Assembly (NCBI GenBank): GCA_963674735.2
Contig: CAXXQS010000002.1
Span: 416,001-480,000 of the forward strand
Direction: 5' to 3'
Length of the DNA stretch: 64,000 bases
DNA from: Myxococcota bacterium
GTDB lineage: Bacteria > Myxococcota_A > SURF-8
This document shows, one piece after another, positions 1 to 9,766 of this stretch. The position numbers and the translations under genes were made by a program. Every line of letters begins with the position of its first letter. Within the stretch, counting starts at the first letter, position 1. Below the pieces are notes generated by a model, which did not search any database, was not told the origin of the DNA, and saw only the letters and a list, made by a program, of their open reading frames with translations.

Positions 1-361
1 CGGCGAATACCGTAAACATTTCGAAAGTCGGGGTCGCAATCAGCATCTCCCGGTCGGGGGGCAGAAAGCTACGGCAGACACGATCTATGCTTTCATCGGC
101 CCCGGCGCCGACCAACACATGAGCCGGGGCGATCCCCCACATTTCGGCGATGCGGTGTTCGAGCGCAGTAGGTTTGACATAGCGACAGACAAGTTGCGGG
201 TCGATACTCCCCAAAGTCCGCAGCACCTCGGGCGGAGGCGGCAGACTCTCGTTGCTGTCGAGCTTCAAGTCCGTGGGCGCAGGCGCTTTGGGAGCTTTAT
301 AAGTTTTCAGCCGTGCCACATTGGGAGCGGGCAACGGCCGGGTCGGTCGGGAAACGGACAT
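1..361 (-). CDS. hisC: Histidinol-phosphate aminotransferase, 5' part (runs off the window edge)
   Basis: Not in the ORF track. Manual translation from ATG at 361 gives MSVSRPTRP...LKLDSNES...VLVGAGADESID...PTFEMF, matching the HisC motifs KLxxNE, G-x-G-S/A-D-E and PTFxMY. GGAGG RBS upstream; directly follows hisG. Confidence 0.85.
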   Translation of the reverse strand, partial: MSVSRPTRPLPAPNVARLKTYKAPKAPAPTDLKLDSNESLPPPPEVLRTLGSIDPQLVCRYVKPTALEHRIAEMWGIAPAHVLVGAGADESIDRVCRSFLPPDREMLIATPTFEMFTVFA

Positions 362-374
362 GAGCGTCCTCCGT

Positions 375-1247
375 TCAGGGTATCAACTGGTCGGGTGCGG
401 TAACGACGATATCCGTGCCGCCGTGGGCCTTTATTTCGGGTATCAGGCTCGGAAGAATCTCACGTGGTATCGCCGCCTTGACCGCATAACCATCCTCTCC
501 GTAAAGCGTTGAGATGGTGGGACGCCGCATGCAAGGCAGCAGCTTGACCACCCCCTCCAATTTATCGACCGGGACATTCACTTCCAACATCACCCTCCGT
601 CGGGCATCGAGCACCGAACGTAGCAACAACACAAGGTCTTCCACCCGACGGCGCTTGTCAGGGTCATCCAAGGCACGCGGATGAGCGTAGAGGCGGGTGG
701 TGGAGCGCAGCAGTTCATCGACAATCATCAGCTGGTTGGCCTTGAGGGTCGAACCGGTCGCGCTGTTATCCACAATACAATCGGCATCTTCCGGCGGAAA
801 CACTTCGGTGGCTCCATACGAGCGAACGAAAGCGGCATCGAGTCCGCGGTCGGCGATCCATTTACGCGCCAGACGTTCATACTCGGAGGCAACCACCAAA
901 CGCCGGGCGGGCAGCTGTCCGTCTTCGAGAATCGCGGCCGGAGCCGCCGCCACCAAACGCACCGGATCGAGCCGTGTATCGATCAGTTCCACAAGGTCGG
1001 CATCGAGTTCCGCCACCCAATCGGCACCGGTAATGCCGATATCGCGCGACCCAACATGCAACATTTCCACAATGTTTTGCGGTTTGAGGATTTTCACCTC
1101 GAAGCCGTCCACCGACAAACTGGGTCGATAGTTGCGGCTGCCGAGTTCAACCGACAAACCGGCCTCGGCCATCAGCGCGAAAACCGCTTTCTGCATGTGT
1201 CCTTTGGGCAGGGCCAGTTTGAGAATTCCCTGGGTCGTGGGCGACAT
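375..1247 (-). CDS. hisG: ATP phosphoribosyltransferase, long form with C-terminal regulatory domain
   Basis: LKLALPKG, DIGITGADW, SYGATE, IVDNSATGSTL motifs plus C-terminal ACT-like domain. Start taken at MSPTTQG (1247) behind an AAGGA RBS. Confidence 0.95.
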   Translation of the reverse strand: MSPTTQGILKLALPKGHMQKAVFALMAEAGLSVELGSRNYRPSLSVDGFEVKILKPQNIVEMLHVGSRDIGITGADWVAELDADLVELIDTRLDPVRLVAAAPAAILEDGQLPARRLVVASEYERLARKWIADRGLDAAFVRSYGATEVFPPEDADCIVDNSATGSTLKANQLMIVDELLRSTTRLYAHPRALDDPDKRRRVEDLVLLLRSVLDARRRVMLEVNVPVDKLEGVVKLLPCMRRPTISTLYGEDGYAVKAAIPREILPSLIPEIKAHGGTDIVVTAPDQLIP

Positions 1248-1277
1248 GAGCGTTCCTTCCCTCGCAAAAATACCCAT

Positions 1278-1307
1278 AAAAAACAAGCGCCGGCTAGGGC
1301 CGGCGCT
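1278..1307 (-). terminator. Attenuator (intrinsic terminator) hairpin in the his leader
   Basis: Minus strand reads AGCGCCGG-CCCTAG-CCGGCGCT-TGTTTTTT: 8-bp stem plus U tract, about 30 nt before the hisG start. Confidence 0.8.
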
Positions 1308-1334
1308 GAACGGTTCACAGAATAGGGTTCACCG

Positions 1335-1403
1335 TCATCCGGCCCTTTGGGCGGCATCGGAATGGCGATGATGATGTTGTGTGTTTTTATTCGCTACCAT
1401 CAT
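1335..1403 (-). promoter_or_regulatory. His-rich leader peptide (HisL-like) MMVANKNTQHHHRHSDAAQRAG
   Basis: 22-codon ORF with 4 His codons (HHHRH) immediately upstream of the terminator hairpin and hisG. Confidence 0.75.
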
Positions 1404-1978
1404 GGTGGATAAGGTAGCCCATTCGCCATGGGTTGTCAAATCATCCGACCAAAAACGCTCGTACATCCCGAGACACGAAGACTCCGAAATCCCACAGAAA
1501 CCGAGGTGGGAAGCTAGCCCCCCGACCTCCATCAGCCATGACTATCTTCGTTATCGACCGTATGGGCACCGGCAGTTGCCGGTTCAGCCGAGGCGAGTGG
1601 GTCATGGGTGGCAATGCTCACCCCCACATAAACAGCAAACAGGATGATTGTGCTTACTATGAAAGTCCAATGATTCATGGATCGCTCCTCAGGTGATTTG
1701 TTGTACATCGCTTGCAGGCTCGGTATTTGAGACTATTGTTAGTTGACACTTATTTCATTTGTTTCGACAAACTTTAAATCCATGGCCTTAACCCAACATT
1801 TTTACCAGTCACAGACCGACCTTTGACTAACAAATGGAATCAATATATTCCTATATTTTCAACAATTTACAGCTTTCTAAGTCGTTTTTTCGGTTTTTGC
1901 GCTTGCTCTCTCAATCCAAGTTCGTTATCCTTACACTCGAATTTTGGGCAACTAGAAACAAACAGAACGGGGGTCCCC

Positions 1979-4900
1979 ATGCAACGAAACAAATGGATAT
2001 TATCCTGGTCTCTGCTACTCCTTTTAGTCATCGGTCTTGCGGCCTGTGGCGATAGCGGCTCAGATGCCGATGTCGACGGCGATGCAGCCGATGGCGATGG
2101 TACCGACGGCGACGAGCCTGACGGCGACGAGCCGGATGGTGATGACGCCTGTCCTGAATGCGACTTCCTGACGGGTAGCTGGTGCATGGCCGATCCCGAA
2201 GGCGCGGCTTGCGACCAAATCCCCCTCGATGGCGTACAGATCATCCAGGCCGATGAGTCGAGTTGCGCCTTTACGGCGGTAATCAGTTTCACCAACGGCG
2301 TGACGCCGGCCGTCTTCACCTTCGACGGCTGCGACATCGAAGAGTTGTCGTTGTTCAACGATACCTGCGAGTTGAGCATCGACTCCACCGATTCCAAGGT
2401 GACGGTGGATTGCCCCAACCTGTGCTCCTTCACTCTTAGTCAAGACGATTGCGAGCTCGGTTGTCTGTGCGACACGGAAGACGCCTGCTGCGACGGTTGC
2501 CAGCCGATCAACCAGGGCGGTGCCTGCAACGATAACGATTCTTGCACGCAAACCGACACCTGCAACGCAGGTTTCTGCATCGGTGCCGATCCGGTCGTGT
2601 GCGTTGCCCAAGATCAATGCCACGTAGCCGGACAATGCGATTCGGCCACGGGCGAATGCACCAACCCCTTTGCGGCCGATGATACCGCCTGCGACGACAA
2701 CGAAAAATGCACGACCAACGACGTCTGCACATCCGGTGTCTGCGGCGGTGAGGCCGTGGTCTGCATCGCTCAGGACGACTGCCACGTAGCGGGACTGTGC
2801 AATTCCGACACCGGTCTCTGCGAGAATCCGCCCAAAGCCAACGGCAGCACCTGTGACGGTTTGGGGACCGGGATTATGGAAAGCGGAGTCTGCCGCAATG
2901 GCGAATGCAAAGCTCTCGACGCGTGCATGCTGCGTGATTACGGCCAGCCGCTCGGATACTCTTGCAACTTCGATGAAGACTGTGCGAGCGGCATCTGCAC
3001 GGCCGACACTTTGTTTTTCAAGGGATCATCGTCGGCATATGTCTGTACACAAGCCTGCAACCCGGACAGCAATCCCTGCCCCAACGGGTTTTTCTGCACG
3101 GAAAACTACGACAAAAGCAAAGCTCCCCTCTTCCTTGAATTCGTTTGCCTTCCCGAAACCGGCCCCTTGCCCCTCGATGGCAGCCAAGACCTGCTCGAAC
3201 CTTGTAACATCGATGCGAACTGCGAGAGCGGCGTTTGCGCCTTCGACGGCTGGTTGAGCTACTGCAGCCTCGATTGCTACGTTGAGGACTCCACTAAAGA
3301 AGGACCTAACGACAATCTGTGCGGGCCCTGCGGCACCTGCGAAGAAAACCCCTTCCCCATCAAAGACGACAAACGGCCCAGCTATTATTGCGTGGCTCGT
3401 GATCGCGCTTACCCGGGCGGCCTGTGCACCAGCAACCTCGACTGCATCACCGGCATCTGCTATGACAACCATTGCTCCACGTGGTGCGGCGATTACGATA
3501 AAGGCCAGGACGACTGCATGGTCGGCTTCACCTGCACCGATGTCGGCTTTCCCCTCGGCGAGATCTGCATTCCCAACGACGAAATCGGGACCAACGAAGA
3601 AAACGAACCCTGCACCGAGAGTTTCAGTTGTGCAGACGGTTATTACTGCGACTTGCCGCCCTCCAACGGCATGATGGGCATTCTCGTCGACCCGGATCTA
3701 AATGAAGCCGTCGCCGGCGACTTCTACTCCCGTTCGAACGAATACGCCTACTTCACGGACTTCAGCTACACAGCCGAAGTCAGCGGCACCTATTACTTGA
3801 TCATTCAGCCGATGTACTTCAAAGACTACTTCCCCCCCCAGAGCGCTTACAGGTTGAACGTCACGACCGGCGCGGACCCGACGACGAGTATCGACGAGAT
3901 CGAACCCAACGATTACTATACGACGGCCCAGGCTCTAACTCTGCCGATCAGCGTAATCGGCATGTTGGAACTATTCGATGTCGACTGGTACACCATCGAT
4001 CTCCAGGCGGGCGAGACGGTTACGGTTCAAGGCCTCCCGGTCGCCGATTCGGGAACTTGTCTGGCCAAAAAAGCTTTCGGCGAAGCTTGCAGCTTCGATG
4101 CCGAGTGCGAAACGGGTGTCTGCTACTCGGGCAAGTGCAGCGAAGAATGCACCATGGTCCTCACTCGCGGCGAGAACGACAGCTGCCCCACCGACTACAC
4201 CTGCGTTTTCGGTGTTGCGATGGGCAAAAACGACTCCAAGCTCGACTCTCCTCTGGTATGCGTTCCCGATGCTGAATACGGGGACAAAGACTTCGGAGAA
4301 CCTTGCCGATTTGATTGGGAGTGTGCGGATGAGCTTTGTTACTACGGAGAGTGCAATCAGTTCTGCGAGTTTACCCCGGTAAAAGGAGCGGGTGACACCT
4401 GCCCCGACAACTTCGATTGTGTCGATACTGATGGCACACCCACCAAAGCCGGCCTGACCGTCTGCATTCCGAGCGCAGATCTCGACCTGGCCTTTGGCGA
4501 AGCTTGCACTAATGATTACCAGTGCGAATCCGGCCGTTGTTTGAATGATGAGTGCAACCTGTATTGCGATCAGGCATCCACCAAGGCCGACCCCGTTCTC
4601 TGCCCCAGCGGTTACGAATGCATCATTGAAGTCGACGGACTCAACAGCTACAACCGCGGCTGTTGGGCCGAAAGCGAATTGGACCTTGAATTCGGCGCGG
4701 CCTGTGAGGAAGACTATCAGTGCCAGTCGGATTTCTGTTACGACGATGCCTGCAACGTGCTTTGCTCGGTTCTCGTCAAAGGTCCGATTCTGTGTCCGGA
4801 CGACTACACCTGTCATTACGTCAGTAATAGCTCGGGTAAAGCAGATCCTCTCACCGCTTGCCTAGCCGATGACACTCTTAACCGAGATTTCGGCGAAGCC

Positions 4901-5053
4901 TGCGAAAATGATTATGAATGCACATCGAATTTCTGTTACTTCGGCAAGTGCAACGTCATGTGCGATATGAGCAAGGCGGATTGTCCCACGGGGTATGAGT
5001 GCCTGGTCTCCTACTACGAGCCCAGCACATTCTGTGCGGCATCCAGCGACTAA
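1979..5053 (+). CDS. Large cysteine-rich repeat lipoprotein with an internal PPC-like (pre-peptidase C-terminal) domain
   Basis: Signal peptide and lipobox LAAC from MQRNK (1979). Acidic DGD tether, many repeats such as FGEAC-x2-D-x2-C-x-S-x2-C, central Cys-free EIEPND...DVDWY segment. Confidence 0.75.
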   Translation: MQRNKWILSWSLLLLLVIGLAACGDSGSDADVDGDAADGDGTDGDEPDGDEPDGDDACPECDFLTGSWCMADPEGAACDQIPLDGVQIIQADESSCAFTAVISFTNGVTPAVFTFDGCDIEELSLFNDTCELSIDSTDSKVTVDCPNLCSFTLSQDDCELGCLCDTEDACCDGCQPINQGGACNDNDSCTQTDTCNAGFCIGADPVVCVAQDQCHVAGQCDSATGECTNPFAADDTACDDNEKCTTNDVCTSGVCGGEAVVCIAQDDCHVAGLCNSDTGLCENPPKANGSTCDGLGTGIMESGVCRNGECKALDACMLRDYGQPLGYSCNFDEDCASGICTADTLFFKGSSSAYVCTQACNPDSNPCPNGFFCTENYDKSKAPLFLEFVCLPETGPLPLDGSQDLLEPCNIDANCESGVCAFDGWLSYCSLDCYVEDSTKEGPNDNLCGPCGTCEENPFPIKDDKRPSYYCVARDRAYPGGLCTSNLDCITGICYDNHCSTWCGDYDKGQDDCMVGFTCTDVGFPLGEICIPNDEIGTNEENEPCTESFSCADGYYCDLPPSNGMMGILVDPDLNEAVAGDFYSRSNEYAYFTDFSYTAEVSGTYYLIIQPMYFKDYFPPQSAYRLNVTTGADPTTSIDEIEPNDYYTTAQALTLPISVIGMLELFDVDWYTIDLQAGETVTVQGLPVADSGTCLAKKAFGEACSFDAECETGVCYSGKCSEECTMVLTRGENDSCPTDYTCVFGVAMGKNDSKLDSPLVCVPDAEYGDKDFGEPCRFDWECADELCYYGECNQFCEFTPVKGAGDTCPDNFDCVDTDGTPTKAGLTVCIPSADLDLAFGEACTNDYQCESGRCLNDECNLYCDQASTKADPVLCPSGYECIIEVDGLNSYNRGCWAESELDLEFGAACEEDYQCQSDFCYDDACNVLCSVLVKGPILCPDDYTCHYVSNSSGKADPLTACLADDTLNRDFGEACENDYECTSNFCYFGKCNVMCDMSKADCPTGYECLVSYYEPSTFCAASSD
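2075..2143 (+). repeat. Five 15-bp-period DGD repeats (DGDAADGDGTDGDEPDGDEPDGD)
   Basis: Read directly in the translation just after the lipobox Cys. Confidence 0.8.
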
Positions 5054-5083
5054 AGACCGCCGGATCCCCTGAAATAGGGCGGC

Positions 5084-5659
5084 TCAGTCTGTTGCGAAAG
5101 CAACGGGCTGGGCCGCTTTCATTTTCAGGAAGTGTTCGACACGTTCGAAAGGAATGTGATCGCCGATATCCCTCCCGTAAAAGATATCAACCAACGTTCC
5201 GGATTCATCGATCAGAAAATCGGCAGGAACCCGCGCCAGGGTGCCATCGACGGAACCGGGCAGAAATCCCAGAGCCGTGGCTTTGGCAATCTTGACCGCA
5301 ATCGAAGGAGAAAGCATGGCCTGCCAGCGCGCATCCACACTGAAACGACGATATAATTCTTCATCGGGATCGCTGATGACCGGGAATTGGGGAGTTTGAC
5401 GACCCACGTAGCGTTTCAGACGCACGGGCGGACTTTGGAAAACCGTGACGATTTCCAACCCGGCCTCTTTGAAAGCCTCGTAATGCTGAATCATATCGTA
5501 AATACGCAGATTGCAAAGCGGACAACTGGCATAGCGGAAAAACGCCAGCCACAGCTTGCGTCCTCGGTAAACATCGCTTTCAACCCATTCGCCATCCATG
5601 GTCTTTCCGCTGAAATCCGGAGCTACATCGCCAATTTTTAGCCGTTCAAGCTTTTGCAT
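5084..5659 (-). CDS. Peroxiredoxin-like AhpC/TSA-family redoxin
   Basis: GDVAPDF, FFRYASCPLC (CxxC), VISDP, PADFLIDE thioredoxin-fold motifs. Start likely MQKLERL. Confidence 0.8.
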   Translation of the reverse strand: MQKLERLKIGDVAPDFSGKTMDGEWVESDVYRGRKLWLAFFRYASCPLCNLRIYDMIQHYEAFKEAGLEIVTVFQSPPVRLKRYVGRQTPQFPVISDPDEELYRRFSVDARWQAMLSPSIAVKIAKATALGFLPGSVDGTLARVPADFLIDESGTLVDIFYGRDIGDHIPFERVEHFLKMKAAQPVAFATD

Positions 5660-5775
5660 AACCGCTCCTTGACCCGAGTATCCCCTTCTTATCGACGACA
5701 TCTTCAATTGACTTCTCTTCAATCGGGATACCTGGACGCATCACATTATTCCCTATCCATCCAAGACCATCCAGC

Positions 5776-5805
5776 TTGACAAACCGCCCTCAGACAGCCT
5801 ATAAA
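5776..5805 (+). promoter_or_regulatory. Candidate sigma70 promoter of the DtxR-family gene
   Basis: TTGACA-18 nt-TATAAA about 50 nt upstream of the ATG. Confidence 0.45.
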
Positions 5806-5855
5806 ATACATATGCGATTTCTCACCTTTCACCGGTGCACGCCAGGATACGATTC

Positions 5856-6629
5856 ATGAACGACACACCCGACAAACAGGCCAAGCTTTCACCTGCACTG
5901 GAAGACTACCTGGAAACACTATGGAATATCCTACAAGATCACAAAGTGGCGCGCGTCAAGGAAATCGCGATTCAACAGGGCGTCAACATGGCATCGGTCA
6001 CTCCCGCTCTTAAACGTCTTCATAAAATGGGGCTGGTGGAATACGCCGCACGCGAGTATGTCGACCTCACGCCGGAAGGGGAACGATTGGCTCGCCGCAT
6101 CCGTAGTCGACACGACCTGATCACACGTTTTTTACATGAAGTCCTGGGTGTTTCGATGGAAAACGCCCGCAAAGACGCATGTTCCGCCGAACATGTTTTC
6201 TCGGATGAAACCATCGATCGTCTGGTACGGCTTTTCGAATATCTGCAACGCTGCGGGAACGGACATGGAAATTTCGTGAACGATTTCCTAAGTTGTTCGG
6301 TCGTTCATCCGGAAAATGTCGCCGAAGGCTGCCACTGCAACCACACCCGGCAGGTGGAAGTGAAAAAACGTTTCCAACGCACTCGTTACCTCTCCAACCT
6401 GGAACCGGGCGTAGAGGCCCACTTGGTGCAGGTCAACGCCGAACCCGATATGCGCCAACAACTCATCGATGCCGGTCTTCTGCCGGGCTGCACGGTTCGT
6501 TTTCTGCATATGGATCCCGACGGAGAGTCGGTGTGGATCAGCCTCGATGGCAACGACATTCCCCTCAGCATCGACGCCGCATCAAGCGTCATCGTTTCGA
6601 TGATCGAAACCGCTGCGGAACCTCAGTAA
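5856..6629 (+). CDS. DtxR/MntR/IdeR-family metal-dependent repressor with C-terminal FeoA domain
   Basis: LSPALEDYLE, winged HTH, RHxLxxRFL, DACSAEH metal site, and FeoA-like LIDAGLLPG tail. Confidence 0.9.
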   Translation: MNDTPDKQAKLSPALEDYLETLWNILQDHKVARVKEIAIQQGVNMASVTPALKRLHKMGLVEYAAREYVDLTPEGERLARRIRSRHDLITRFLHEVLGVSMENARKDACSAEHVFSDETIDRLVRLFEYLQRCGNGHGNFVNDFLSCSVVHPENVAEGCHCNHTRQVEVKKRFQRTRYLSNLEPGVEAHLVQVNAEPDMRQQLIDAGLLPGCTVRFLHMDPDGESVWISLDGNDIPLSIDAASSVIVSMIETAAEPQ

Positions 6630-9600
6630 CTCCAGCTCACACCCAGACTAAACACTCGGCCCCGGTGATAGGTTTCCGTAAGTTTGCCGCCCTGCTCGAA
6701 GCGAACCGGCTTGTCGATCAGATTTTTGGCCTTGAACGACAGCTTGAATCCGGCTGGTAACTTCTGCGACGCCACAAAATCAAGTTGGTGAAAGGGCTTT
6801 TCAACGACATCCGGCGCGCCCTGCGCGCCCACCTCCACAATGCGATCCCCGAAAACGTTGTAGCTTATCGTCAGCGATGTTCCCCAGTCGGCGTTATCGT
6901 AGCCGAGTTGAGTATTGACGACAAAAGGCGATTGTCCCTGCAAAGGACGGTCGGCATTGGTTTGGATACCCGAGTCTTCCGCCAGCGAAACTTGAGAATG
7001 GATATAGGTCACGTTGCCCGATAACACCAGATCTTCCAATACTTTGTGCGCGAAATCGAAAGATTTGCGGAACTCGAACTCCACCCCCAGGTTGTCGGCT
7101 GCCTTGGCATTGGAGTAGGTGATGGACTGCTGCGCCGAGGGAACGATGACCACCTCGATGGGGTCGCCGAAACGTTTATAGAAGAAAGCCAGCGATACGT
7201 TTTCGTCGTTCTTGAAGTACCACTCATAGCGTGCGTCCACGTTATGGATGGTCGCGCGCTTGAGATCGGCATTGCCGAAGATTTGACGACCACCGGTGAC
7301 ATCGTTGAAGGTGGCCGGTGACAACTCGCGAAAGTCGGGACGTGAGAGGGTCAGGCTGTAGCCCAGACGAAGCTGCATGTCGGCATAGAACGCCCAGGTG
7401 AGCGTCGTCGCGGGCAACACGTCGGTTTTTTCAAGCGTCGCTTCGACGGCTTCGGCATCTGGATTGAAAAGCTCGAAAGTTCGCACGGTTTGAGACGAAT
7501 GTTCCACCCTCAATCCAGCCGAAAGACGCAGCGATTCAAGCACTTGCAGGTCCGCCATGGCATATCCGGCATAAAGGTATTGGTCGGCGGCGTAATTGTC
7601 GGTTTGACGAGTGATTTCTTCGAACTGAAAGCCATCGGAGCCGATATTGGCGGGAACGAAAATATCTTCGGCAGGTTGGGAAATGACGGCAGGATCGGAA
7701 CTCAGTAGACCGCGGTTGCGATACTTGTAGCGTCGCGTGTCCACCTCGCGTTCGCGCAGCACCACATTCGTCCCGATCTTGGCCGACGATTCCAGCTCGC
7801 GCCAGATAGAGAAAGGCAAGGTCAGATCCAGCCCCACGTCGTGATTGTAATCGGTCAACTCCGAAAACAGAAGCTGGTTGCCCTCCGGTCGATCGGACAG
7901 AATCCAGTTACCCGTACCTTCTTCATAATCGTAGCGGGTTTCACGTCGATCCGGTTCATCACGCGTCGCCATGGAAAAGGAATAACGCCAGTCCAACACC
8001 AGATCCAGCGCACCGGGGAACACATGATGCCCGTTTACCTGCTGAGTCACCAGCATACGCTCGACCCAGCGCTGACGACTCACCCGGATGTCCGTTCCCA
8101 CATCGCGATTGCGGCCTTGATAGATACGTGTTTCATTGTCGGTAACGCGTAAAACTAGGGTCGTCAGTTTCAGCGAATGGTCGTCACTGATTTCGGCACT
8201 CATATCGAAGATACCACCCAGGTTAACGGTGTTGGTCGTCGTATCGAAATCGTAGGTGTGCTGCAGTTCCAGGCCGCCACCCTCGCCGATCAGGTAGATG
8301 TTGCTGGTCTTGTCGTTACGATCCCATTCATTGGCGTAACCGATGGAAAGGAAAAAACCCACCGGCCGACCGAGAACGGAGAAGCTATCGCCGACGGTGG
8401 CGTTGAAACCCGCGTCCATGGGAAGAAATTTTTCACCGATATCCCAGTGGTTAGGCATGCTTTCACCGAAGTTTTCGAGTTCATCGGCGCTGTAGCCACG
8501 ATCCGAAAACATGTCACTTTCAAGTAACGCCTGGTCGGATGAAGCCGCAGCGATCGTTCCCGGCAAAGACCGACTGCCGTCGTCGATACCTAGCCAATCG
8601 ACTGCACCGCGCTCGCTGTGGATGGCATGGGTGAAACTCGTCCCCGGCTTGAAACCAAAGGAAAGCCCCAGGTTGGCCACCAGTTTCTCGGGACGTCCCT
8701 TGGTGCGCAACACGATGGTTCCACCGCCGAACTCGCCGGGCAGATCCGGTGAATAGGTTTTCTGAATCATCAGGCTTTCGAGAACCCCGACCGGAAACAT
8801 GTCGAGGGGTACCACACGCCGCTCCGGCTCGGGACTGGGCAACGATGAGCCGTTTAAAAGCGTACTGGAATAACGCTCGCCCATGCCACGCACATACACA
8901 TACTTACCGCCCATGACGGTCAGGCCGGTAACGCGCTTCAACGCCCCGGCGGCATCGGAATCGCCGGTTTTGGCGATCTGCTCGGCTCCGATGATATCGC
9001 TTACGGCGTTCGAGCTTCGCCGTTCCTCTAAAAGCGAAGCCACCCCGCCTTCGATATGCGGAGCCACCACGGTAAACTCTTCCAACTCGAAAGAACTGGG
9101 CGTCAACTGAACGGCTAGCACATCCTGAGGCGGATCGGAAAGTTTCACGTCTTGCACGGATTGAGTGGCATAGTCGGGATGAATGACCGACAGCACGTAA
9201 ACCCCCGGAGGCAACTCCAGGCGGAATTGGCCGTCTGAATCGGTCGTGGCTCCACGCGTCATGCCACGCACGAACACCCGCGCACTTGCAATGGGGCGTC
9301 CATCTTCCACCGATGTCACCCGTCCTTCCAACAACACCGGCGGACTCTGAATCGAGGTATCGTTGGTTGCTATGCCCTGAACGGTTTCAGGTATTTCCTG
9401 CTCGATCTGCGCCTCCGCATCGGGAAACAGAGTCAGGATCACCTCCGTGACTTCACCGGATACGATCTCGGTCGTCAAATAGGCCTCACGCAAACCCGCC
9501 CGCTTAGCCGTTACGGCATGCGAACCCGGCGACAGGCTGAAACGAACAAGGCCATAAACGTTACTCGTGGCCTGCGGTCCTCCTGCAATTTCCATAGACA

Positions 9601-9766
9601 CGCCATCGAGCGGAACTCCTTCCCCGCCGGCAAACACGAAAATCTGCACCACACCTTCATCGGCGGCAGCCCATGCAAAGGTGGCTTGACCCAGCCCTAA
9701 ACACACCAGAATCACGCTAACGACCATCCAGCCGACCCGCCGTGTCATTCCAAGCCTTACCGACAT
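6623..9766 (-). CDS. TonB-dependent receptor with N-terminal carboxypeptidase-regulatory-like domains
   Basis: Signal peptide; TDSDGQFRL domain; plug motifs (DAAGALKRVTG, YVRGMGERY, VPLDMFP, PGEFGGG); C-terminal NLID...GRVFSLGVSWSY barrel end. Start uncertain (9748-9787). Confidence 0.92.
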   Translation of the reverse strand: MSVRLGMTRRVGWMVVSVILVCLGLGQATFAWAAADEGVVQIFVFAGGEGVPLDGVSMEIAGGPQATSNVYGLVRFSLSPGSHAVTAKRAGLREAYLTTEIVSGEVTEVILTLFPDAEAQIEQEIPETVQGIATNDTSIQSPPVLLEGRVTSVEDGRPIASARVFVRGMTRGATTDSDGQFRLELPPGVYVLSVIHPDYATQSVQDVKLSDPPQDVLAVQLTPSSFELEEFTVVAPHIEGGVASLLEERRSSNAVSDIIGAEQIAKTGDSDAAGALKRVTGLTVMGGKYVYVRGMGERYSSTLLNGSSLPSPEPERRVVPLDMFPVGVLESLMIQKTYSPDLPGEFGGGTIVLRTKGRPEKLVANLGLSFGFKPGTSFTHAIHSERGAVDWLGIDDGSRSLPGTIAAASSDQALLESDMFSDRGYSADELENFGESMPNHWDIGEKFLPMDAGFNATVGDSFSVLGRPVGFFLSIGYANEWDRNDKTSNIYLIGEGGGLELQHTYDFDTTTNTVNLGGIFDMSAEISDDHSLKLTTLVLRVTDNETRIYQGRNRDVGTDIRVSRQRWVERMLVTQQVNGHHVFPGALDLVLDWRYSFSMATRDEPDRRETRYDYEEGTGNWILSDRPEGNQLLFSELTDYNHDVGLDLTLPFSIWRELESSAKIGTNVVLREREVDTRRYKYRNRGLLSSDPAVISQPAEDIFVPANIGSDGFQFEEITRQTDNYAADQYLYAGYAMADLQVLESLRLSAGLRVEHSSQTVRTFELFNPDAEAVEATLEKTDVLPATTLTWAFYADMQLRLGYSLTLSRPDFRELSPATFNDVTGGRQIFGNADLKRATIHNVDARYEWYFKNDENVSLAFFYKRFGDPIEVVIVPSAQQSITYSNAKAADNLGVEFEFRKSFDFAHKVLEDLVLSGNVTYIHSQVSLAEDSGIQTNADRPLQGQSPFVVNTQLGYDNADWGTSLTISYNVFGDRIVEVGAQGAPDVVEKPFHQLDFVASQKLPAGFKLSFKAKNLIDKPVRFEQGGKLTETYHRGRVFSLGVSWSY

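Noticed and set aside
1500-1630. Small hairpins (ACCGGCA/TGCCGGT; GGGTG/CACCC) between the his leader and the Cys-rich gene
   Set aside because: The stems are short and have no second copy in the window, so they cannot be told from chance in GC-rich DNA.
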